Positions 57,881 to 64,000 of a DNA stretch of 64,000 nucleotides are shown here, one piece after another (position 1 is the first letter of the stretch; every line of letters starts with the position of its first letter). The stretch lies in assembly GCA_036676455.1 (NCBI GenBank), contig JAKFCW010000116.1, forward strand, positions 67,555-131,554, written 5' to 3'. A program made the position numbers and the translations under genes. The notes below the pieces were generated by a model. The model made no database searches, had not been told where the DNA came from, and saw only the letters and a list, made by a program, of their open reading frames with translations. Source of the DNA: Candidatus Sericytochromatia bacterium. GTDB lineage: Bacteria; Cyanobacteriota; Sericytochromatia; S15B-MN24; UBA4093.

Positions 57881-58570
57881 TTACTTCCAAAACTCCCACC
57901 AGCGCTTGCGTTGCTGGGTCGCGAGCACCTGAATCGCCGATGCCAACTCATCGAGCATCCCCCCCTCCGGGTCGGGATGGTCCATCTGCGCCGCGATCGT
58001 GCCTTCCAGCTCCAGCAAGCGGCGCTGCAGGCGACGGATGACCTCATCCTTGCTCGCCTCGGCCATGGCCGTCTCGGCCTGGGACTCCAGCCCCGCGACG
58101 CGCTCGCGCAGCGCCGAAAGCTCTTCGTTCGGCACGGAAGGCTGGGCCAAGAGCCCTCCGAGCTGCTCATGCCGCGCCAGCAGCTTCTGGTTCTCTCCCA
58201 AGAGCGCCTCGATCCGCTCCTGGTGCGCCTTGAGCTGGGCTTGCTGCGCGGTGACGACGCTCTCGAGCTCGTCTTGCCGCCGGACCAGCGCGGAGAGCAC
58301 CTCGCGGATCTCCGGGCCCTCGACGTGGGTCTCCGCCGAAACCAGCTCGACGCCTTCTTGCGGACGAAGCTGCTCCTTGATCGCATCGAACGCCATTCCC
58401 TGTTGCCGGAACGAACGAATGATGCGAAGGTTGGTCAGGTCCCGATCCGTGAGCATGCAACGCCCTTGCTCGGTACGGGCGAAGTTCAGCTCGAACTCCT
58501 TTTCGTACCGCCGGATCAGCGAGGTGGATACTCCGAGTTGCTTCGCGGCCTCGGAAAGGCTATGGGTCAC
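57881..58570 (-). CDS. MerR-family transcriptional regulator with a long C-terminal coiled coil
   Basis: The GTG start has RBS GGAGGAGAA. …SLSEAAKQLGVSTSLIRRYEKEFEL… MerR HTH, followed by a heptad-rich region. The ORF track extends upstream in-frame to 59038. Confidence 0.65.
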   Translation of the reverse strand: MTHSLSEAAKQLGVSTSLIRRYEKEFELNFARTEQGRCMLTDRDLTNLRIIRSFRQQGMAFDAIKEQLRPQEGVELVSAETHVEGPEIREVLSALVRRQDELESVVTAQQAQLKAHQERIEALLGENQKLLARHEQLGGLLAQPSVPNEELSALRERVAGLESQAETAMAEASKDEVIRRLQRRLLELEGTIAAQMDHPDPEGGMLDELASAIQVLATQQRKRWWEFWK

Positions 58571-58690
58571 GGTTCTCCTCCCGGTTTCTGCTCTGCCCAT
58601 TATAACGGCTCGCATGCCGGGAAGACCATCCTCGTTCCCGGGTATACCTGCCAAAGTAACCCTCGCTCCCTTCGAGACGGAGGAAATTCG

Positions 58691-59335
58691 ATGCTGAAGC
58701 GACTCGCCGCCGCCCTCGCGGCGCTCTGGATCACCACCAGCTCTCCCGCTCAGGCCTTCGGTGGCACCGGCCTTCCGAGCGTCTTGCCAGGACTGGACAA
58801 CGCCCCGCCCTTCACCGCGGACGTCGTGATCACCTCGCCGGCGATGCCCACCCCCACCACGTTCCGGATCGCCTACATGCCCCAGCGCGTGCGCCTGGAA
58901 TCGAAGGGAGAGGCGGGCATGACCGCCATCATCCGCATGGACGAAGGGTCGGCGTACATGTACCAGGGAGATTCCACCTGGCTGCGCCTCAGCCTCTCCT
59001 CGCTCGGCGCCATGGGGCTCAACCCCGGCGCCCGCCATTCGCTGAAGAAGCTGGCCAACCAGACGGTCGACGGCCGCAACTGCGAGGTCTACCAGAGCAC
59101 CTCGGAAGACGGCAGCGTCTCCACCAACTACGTCGCGAGCGGCGTGCCGTTCAAGTCGATCGTCCGGACGCCCGCCAGTGGCGACACCGTGGTCCGCTAC
59201 CTCAATGTCTCGCGCGGGGGCGTCAACGCCGCACTCTTCACCCTGCCTGCCGACGCCGAGGTGATGGACATGGCAAACTTGTTGAACGGCCTCAAAGGCC
59301 GAAAGGGCGCCGACTTCGGCCTCGAGGAGCCCTAG
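58691..59335 (+). CDS. Secreted hypothetical protein (LolA/DUF4412-like beta-rich fold is possible)
   Basis: RBS GGAGGAA. Signal peptide MLKRLAAALAALWITTSSPAQA. Confidence 0.5.
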   Translation: MLKRLAAALAALWITTSSPAQAFGGTGLPSVLPGLDNAPPFTADVVITSPAMPTPTTFRIAYMPQRVRLESKGEAGMTAIIRMDEGSAYMYQGDSTWLRLSLSSLGAMGLNPGARHSLKKLANQTVDGRNCEVYQSTSEDGSVSTNYVASGVPFKSIVRTPASGDTVVRYLNVSRGGVNAALFTLPADAEVMDMANLLNGLKGRKGADFGLEEP

Positions 59336-59424
59336 CTCGCATCGAGCGAGTCGTTAAGTTTCGTCTTGCCATGGGAACGAGGGAGCAAGGGAGCGTTTGA
59401 CTCCCCACTCGAAGGGAGGTTGGC

Positions 59425-60588
59425 ATGTCAACAGGACCGCTGGGCCTGACCTGGGTCACCCAAACGCCAAACGTTCGGCCTCGCGGCGATGCCTCTTCTG
59501 CCACCCCTCCCGAGCCTCCGACGCAGACGCCTCCGGCCGGGTCGACGCCCCCCGCCGATCAGTCCTCGGTAGCGGGCGGAAAAGGCCTGCTCCTCGAATG
59601 GGCGGGAAGCGCTCCCGCGCCCGGATCGGCCGGTACGCCAAGCGGTCTGGGCATCGAATGGGCCTCTGCCAGCAAGCCATCGGCCCCACCTCCGGCCGGT
59701 GGACCGCTGGGAGGTGGTTCGCCCGCGAGCAAGCCCTCCACCGGCAGCGCGCTCGGCATCGAGTGGCGCAGCGGAGCCAGCACCTCCACCCCGGCCGCCC
59801 CGCCACCGGCGGGCGGATCCCCCTCGACCAACCAGGGACTCGGCCTCGAATGGCGCAGCGGCTCGACCTCTTCCGCTCCCGCAGGCGGCAAGCCTGCCGG
59901 AAGCACTTCCTCGCCCCCTCCTTCCGGCAACTCGCTCGGCCTGACCTGGGCCGGCGGCTCCAGCAGCGTCGCCCCGGCCGTGCCGCTCGACCCGGAAGCC
60001 CAGCGGCTCGCACAGCTGAAGACGCAGCTTACCGGCCCTCTACCCAAGCTTCCTGGGCCTGCCCAGGGCACCAGCTGGAAGCAGAACGACCTGATCAACC
60101 GGTCCAACCTCATCAAGGGCATCCGCGCCGACGCAGCCCTGCAGAGCGCGTTCGCCGACTGGGGCAAGCTGCCCGCCGACACCAAACTCGCGGCGGGTAA
60201 CCGCATCGCGGCGATGGAAGGAGCGATCTACGGCTTCGCGCCCGCCGCCATCCAGATCGATGCCTTCCTGAAGAAGCCGTCCTACGGGTACTACCACCCG
60301 ACCGAGGACAAGGTCCATGTCTCGCCCGACACCCTGACGAACCTGCGCGAATTCGTGAACACCGTGACCCACGAGCAGGCACATGCCTATCAGTGGGAAA
60401 AGGGCGTCGACGCGAAGAAGGGGAGGATGGACCCGGCCGATCCCCTCTACGACACGGCGATCAGCTGGTATGGGAACTTCTTCGATTACGCTCAGCCCAC
60501 CAACGGGTATGAAGCCTACCGCACGCAACCCATCGAAGCCCACGCCTTCGCCACCGGCGACAGCGTCTCGGCCGGAGTCTTCGCATGA
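59425..60588 (+). CDS. Repeat protein with five or six Pro/Ser-rich G(L/I)EW repeats and a C-terminal HExxH zinc-metallopeptidase-like domain
   Basis: N-terminal ~200 aa: tandem units of about 30 aa centred on LLLEWAG, LGIEWAS, LGIEWRS, LGLEWRS and LGLTWAG. The C-terminal globular domain contains …VTHEQAHAYQWEKG… (HExxH), with a possible downstream third ligand …EAHAF…. Confidence 0.55.
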   Translation: MSTGPLGLTWVTQTPNVRPRGDASSATPPEPPTQTPPAGSTPPADQSSVAGGKGLLLEWAGSAPAPGSAGTPSGLGIEWASASKPSAPPPAGGPLGGGSPASKPSTGSALGIEWRSGASTSTPAAPPPAGGSPSTNQGLGLEWRSGSTSSAPAGGKPAGSTSSPPPSGNSLGLTWAGGSSSVAPAVPLDPEAQRLAQLKTQLTGPLPKLPGPAQGTSWKQNDLINRSNLIKGIRADAALQSAFADWGKLPADTKLAAGNRIAAMEGAIYGFAPAAIQIDAFLKKPSYGYYHPTEDKVHVSPDTLTNLREFVNTVTHEQAHAYQWEKGVDAKKGRMDPADPLYDTAISWYGNFFDYAQPTNGYEAYRTQPIEAHAFATGDSVSAGVFA

Positions 60589-60908
60589 AAACCTTGACCT
60601 TCTACCTCTGGAAACTGGATGCCTCGACGGACTTCCTACCTCAGCTCGCGGGCCAGGTGACCGTCGAGGGCGATCGCGCCTCGGCCACCCCTTCCTCCGA
60701 CGCCCGAATCCGGGATCTGGTGGCGGCACTCGGCAAGAAGCCGCTGCCCCTACGCTCGGAGACCATGGAGGGGCAGGGAGCCGGCATGAAGCTCAAGCTA
60801 CGCGAGGTCGAGCTGCGGCCCGGCGAAGCGGACTGGGGCTATGCCCTCAGCGAGGCCATCGGCCGAGAGGGTGGCTACTCGGTCACCTTCACCCCCGAGC
60901 CACAATAG
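60585..60908 (+). CDS. Small protein translationally coupled to the HExxH protein (candidate immunity/partner protein)
   Basis: 107 aa. The ATG overlaps the upstream stop (ATGA). No recognisable family. Confidence 0.4.
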   Translation: MKTLTFYLWKLDASTDFLPQLAGQVTVEGDRASATPSSDARIRDLVAALGKKPLPLRSETMEGQGAGMKLKLREVELRPGEADWGYALSEAIGREGGYSVTFTPEPQ

Positions 60909-60910
60909 CG

Positions 60911-60942
60911 AAAAAGGCCCGCCTACTGGCGGGCCTTCGTCT
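60911..60942. terminator. Bidirectional terminator hairpin (AAAAAGGCCCGCC tact GGCGGGCCTT) between convergent genes
   Basis: Perfect 8-bp GC stem flanked by an A-run and a T-rich tail. It overlaps the last codons of the methyltransferase gene. Confidence 0.65.
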
Positions 60943-61813
60943 TGGGTTTGGCCTTGGCTTTCGCCTGAGGCTTCTGGAAGAGCATGACGTACTCGTGCTT
61001 GAAGACGTAGTAGCCGTCCTTGAGGGCGCGGTACTTCCAGAGGTTGGCGTTCTTGCCCTTGCCCTTCTCGTTCCCGTTGATGTCCTTCACGACGATGCTC
61101 TTGAGCAGATAGCCGGCGTTCATGCACTCCTGCATGCACTGGAAGCCCAGGGGCACCCACTCACCCTTGGCGTACTTGTCCCCGATGACCAGGGCCATGA
61201 AGCGGCCCGGGGCGAGCAGGTCGAAGCTGGCACGGGCCACCTCACCGAAGCGCTCCACGAACTCGTCGTCGCTGTCGACGGTGGAGAGGTCGTCGGGGTT
61301 CTCGCCGTTGGAGAAGCGGATGATGTCCGAGTAAGGGGGGTGCAGGAAGACCAGGTCCGCCGCGTCCTTCTCAAGCGACTCGAAGGCCTCGCGGACCTTG
61401 ACGTGGGTGACGGAGTCGGCGGAGCTGCCGTTCACCACGATCGTGCGCACGTCGTGGGGGTTCTCGGTGGCCTCGATGCGGGCCTGCGAGCGCTCCGCGA
61501 TGGCCGGCAGCAGCTCGATGCCGACGCCGTTGCGCCCCAGCCGGCGGCACTCGATGAGGCTGGTGCCCATCCCCAGGAACATGTCCAGGACCGTGTCGCC
61601 CTGCTTGGAGTAGCGCAACATGATCTGCTCGGCGACCTGGGGGATGAAGTTGCCGTGGTAATCCCCGACGTGGGTCCCGGTGTTCTTGCGGGACGGAAAC
61701 TGCCAGAGGCTGTCCGTCAGGATGTCGGGATAGTCCTTCCAGTTCGAAAGGTCGATATCCGAGTACGAGGGGGACTTGGGCTGGCGCGGGGACATGGATT
61801 TTGGCCTCAACAT
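60923..61813 (-). CDS. DNA methyltransferase, beta-class N6-adenine/N4-cytosine (DPPY family, PF01555-like)
   Basis: 296 aa. Catalytic motif …VFLHPPYSD… and SAM-binding motif …VLDMFLGMGTSLIEC…. No adjacent restriction-endonuclease gene is evident. Confidence 0.8.
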   Translation of the reverse strand: MLRPKSMSPRQPKSPSYSDIDLSNWKDYPDILTDSLWQFPSRKNTGTHVGDYHGNFIPQVAEQIMLRYSKQGDTVLDMFLGMGTSLIECRRLGRNGVGIELLPAIAERSQARIEATENPHDVRTIVVNGSSADSVTHVKVREAFESLEKDAADLVFLHPPYSDIIRFSNGENPDDLSTVDSDDEFVERFGEVARASFDLLAPGRFMALVIGDKYAKGEWVPLGFQCMQECMNAGYLLKSIVVKDINGNEKGKGKNANLWKYRALKDGYYVFKHEYVMLFQKPQAKAKAKPKTKARQ

Positions 61814-61928
61814 GGGTGCGGAGATACCGAACTATTGTACTATATCGAGCCCCACCCCTGAACCCAAAGAAGCGTCCGAGCTATGCTACGAGTCGTGAAG
61901 CATGGCGGGCTGGCCGTGGGACGGGCGT

Positions 61929-63416
61929 CTAGGCGAGGGGGTGGGATTCAAGCCGGGATGCGGCAAGGCTTGCGAGCGATCGCCGGTCGACCTTGCCGTT
62001 GGCGAGCAAGGGCAACGCCTCGATGAAGCGGTACTCGGCAGGCAGCTTGTACCTGGCAAGCCTGCTGGCCAGGAAGTCTGACAGCAAGTCGGTCTCCAGG
62101 GGCTCGCGACGCACCACGAAGGCCAGGGGCGCCTGTCCCCAGCGCGGGTGGGCGATGGCGACCACCGCGGCGTCCCGGACCGCCGGATGGGCGCGCAGGG
62201 CGGCCTCGATCTCGGCCGGATAGACGTTCTCTCCCCCCGAGAGGATCAGGTCGGTGCGGCGGGTCAACACCGTCAGGCGTCCCTGCGCATCGAGCATGCC
62301 GAAGTCGCCGGTGTCCAGCCAGCCGTCATGCAGGGCCTTGGCCGTCGCCGCGGGGTCGAGGTAGCCGCCGATGACCATGGGGCCGCGCACCGTGATGGTG
62401 CCCGCCATGCCGGGGGGCAGCAAAGTGCCGTCCTCGGAGCGGATCTGGATCTCGACGCCGGCCATCGGCCTGCCTGCCGTGGCCCGGTCCGCATCCGTCG
62501 CCCCCAGGCCCACCAAGGTCACACCCGAGCAGGTTTCGGTCAAACCGTAGGTCGGCAGCGCGATCGCACAGCGAGCGATGAGGTCCGGCGGGACCGGCCC
62601 CCCGCCGATCAGGACCGCGCGTACGTGCGGCGGCAGGGGTGTCTGGCGGGCGTCGAGCGTACGGGTCAGGGTCGAGGCCACCAGCGAGATCACGGTCCCC
62701 CCGTCCCGATCGAAGGCGAGGTTCACGGCGTCGGCATCGAAGCGCTCATGCAGGATGGCGGCCGCTCCGGCCATGGCGCAGCGGTAGAGGATGTTGAGCC
62801 CCCCCACGTGAAAGAGCGGCATGCAATCGATCCAGCGGTCGGAAGGCGCAAGCGGAATCACGCTGGAGGAGGCCTCGGCGCTGGCGAACTGGTTGCCCCA
62901 GGTGATGACCGCGCCCTTCGGGATGCCGCTGGTCCCCGAGGTGAAGAGGATCGCCTGCGGGGCCGACAGGTCCAGCGTCTCCGGGACGGGTGCGGCATCG
63001 GGCGCGATGTCCCAGAAGGACTCAAGGCCTGGATACGTGCCGTCGAAGGTCAAGACCGGCAAGCCGACAGGCAGGGCCTGGCGCGCCCGCGCGGCCAGCT
63101 CGGGACTGGCCAGCAAGAGCTCCGCGTGGGAGGCCTGGTAAAGCAGCTCGTGGTCCGTCAGGCGGGTGTTGAGGGGCAGCAAGACGCCTCCGGCACGTCC
63201 CACCGCATGAGCGAGGAGCGCCCAGTCCGGAGAGTTTCCCGCCCAGACGGCCACCCGGGTTCCGGACGCCACGCCCCGCGCATGCAGGCGCCGGGCCGCC
63301 TGCTGGATGCGCTCCTCGAATGTGCGGTAAGTCCAGACCTCTCCCCGGCAGATCAGGGCCGGGTGATCGGGGAAACGGCGGGAAGCATCGAGGGTGGGCG
63401 CGGTTCTAAGCATCAT
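61929..63416 (-). CDS. menE: O-succinylbenzoate-CoA ligase-like AMP-binding enzyme
   Basis: ANL motif …LFTSGTSGIPKGAVITW…, hinge …GLTETC… and a C-terminal …LPLLANGKVDR…. Start MMLRTAP… at 63416 (the ORF track extends to 63563). It overlaps the upstream menC-like gene by 11 nt. Confidence 0.7.
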   Translation of the reverse strand: MMLRTAPTLDASRRFPDHPALICRGEVWTYRTFEERIQQAARRLHARGVASGTRVAVWAGNSPDWALLAHAVGRAGGVLLPLNTRLTDHELLYQASHAELLLASPELAARARQALPVGLPVLTFDGTYPGLESFWDIAPDAAPVPETLDLSAPQAILFTSGTSGIPKGAVITWGNQFASAEASSSVIPLAPSDRWIDCMPLFHVGGLNILYRCAMAGAAAILHERFDADAVNLAFDRDGGTVISLVASTLTRTLDARQTPLPPHVRAVLIGGGPVPPDLIARCAIALPTYGLTETCSGVTLVGLGATDADRATAGRPMAGVEIQIRSEDGTLLPPGMAGTITVRGPMVIGGYLDPAATAKALHDGWLDTGDFGMLDAQGRLTVLTRRTDLILSGGENVYPAEIEAALRAHPAVRDAAVVAIAHPRWGQAPLAFVVRREPLETDLLSDFLASRLARYKLPAEYRFIEALPLLANGKVDRRSLASLAASRLESHPLA

Positions 63417-64000
63417 GAGCGACCTCGCGGGAAAGAACGATCGAGCGGGGCACGCCGTGTCCCGGACCGCGGACCTCCAGCCAGCCACTGACGGGGGAGG
63501 GGCCCACGAAGTGCTCCGGATCCATGTGGGTATTCGACAGACCGCAGGCCGATTCCAGGCCAAGAGCGGCGGCCAGGTGCATGGCCCCAGCCGTGCCGAT
63601 GCCCCGGTCCAGCACCGAGGTGAGAGTCACGCCGATTCCCGCCGCGCGCGCCTCGCGAGCCAGGTCGCGCGTGTAGAGCAAGCCACCGAGTGCCATGGGC
63701 TTCAAGACGAGCCAATCGACCGACCGCTGCGCGATCAACGCGTTCACCGCGTTCGGATCGGTGGCGGATTCGTCGGCGGCGATGGGCAGGATGCCTCGCT
63801 CGTGCAGACGAGTGAGCGCGGCGGCGTCCGGTAGGGGCTGCTCGAGGTATTCCAGGTCGTACGGCCGAAGCTGGCGCAAGGCATCCTCGGCCGTAGCCGG
63901 GTCCCAGGCGGCGTTGGCGTCCGCCCGCAGGCGAATCTCCGGCCCCACGGCCTCGCGCACGGCGCGCACGCGCTCGACGTCCTGGGCGATCGCCCCCAGC
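63406..64000 (-). CDS. menC: O-succinylbenzoate synthase / enolase-superfamily (MR/MLE) enzyme, N-terminus beyond the window
   Basis: Partial protein: …LRADANAAWD…YDLEYLEQPL…ILPIAADES… has the metal-ligand pattern of MR/MLE enzymes. Co-oriented and overlapping with menE. Confidence 0.65.
   Translation of the reverse strand, partial: LGAIAQDVERVRAVREAVGPEIRLRADANAAWDPATAEDALRQLRPYDLEYLEQPLPDAAALTRLHERGILPIAADESATDPNAVNALIAQRSVDWLVLKPMALGGLLYTRDLAREARAAGIGVTLTSVLDRGIGTAGAMHLAAALGLESACGLSNTHMDPEHFVGPSPVSGWLEVRGPGHGVPRSIVLSREVAHDA

Noticed and set aside
59590-60000. Periodic ~90-105 bp DNA repeats, considered as a possible CRISPR-like or minisatellite array
   Set aside because: The repeats are in-frame, imperfect, and correspond to the G(L/I)EW protein repeats of the 59425..60588 CDS. 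No spacer/repeat architecture and no cas genes. No CRISPR array is present in the window.

Overview
This is a high-GC bacterial chromosomal window (about 68-70% G+C overall, with clearly AT-richer patches) containing about 65 protein-coding genes and one tRNA. Core content, in order: a CDF cation-efflux transporter; a GAF-domain protein and a FapA/DUF342 protein; an APH-like phosphotransferase; a convergent pair of lipid-related genes (DAG-kinase-like lipid kinase and a BtaA-like DUF3419 protein); a tightly coupled six-gene operon; ArsC-family and EngB genes; a dCache/HAMP histidine kinase; tadA; a tRNA-Ser(CGA); a PAS histidine kinase; an acyl-CoA dehydrogenase; sua5/tsaC; the glycine cleavage operon gcvT-gcvH-gcvPA-gcvPB; two paralogous Kelch-repeat lipoproteins; a TetR/LolA-like/FtsX-FtsX/ABC-ATPase/beta-barrel export locus; a second PAS kinase; TetR; DsbA(FrnE); an Ala-rich protein; MerR; an EW-repeat protein with a C-terminal HExxH domain followed by an overlapping small ORF; an orphan beta-class DNA methyltransferase; and menE-menC (menC runs off the window end). 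The six-gene operon (8.0-17.1 kb) encodes a UbiA-like membrane protein, a PEP-utilising swivel-His enzyme with rifampicin-phosphotransferase-like architecture, an acyltransferase with a C-terminal GNAT domain, an adenylate-forming ligase, an MMPL/RND exporter and a membrane thioredoxin. I rank it as the best candidate for an undescribed lipid or metabolite biosynthesis-and-export system. The tRNA-Ser carries a roughly 10.4 kb integrated island (21.55-31.96 kb). It is bounded by a 63-bp direct repeat of the tRNA 3' half and encodes two tyrosine recombinases, an excisionase-like protein and two XRE regulators. Its cargo is an HNH-domain protein, an EF-hand secreted protein, PKD-like lipoproteins and a low-GC lipoprotein gene. 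The HExxH repeat protein with its overlapping downstream ORF is a possible toxin/immunity-like pair. There are also a tRNA-like T-arm fragment next to an 18-bp perfect hairpin, and two secreted EF-hand proteins. No CRISPR array and no rRNA were seen.
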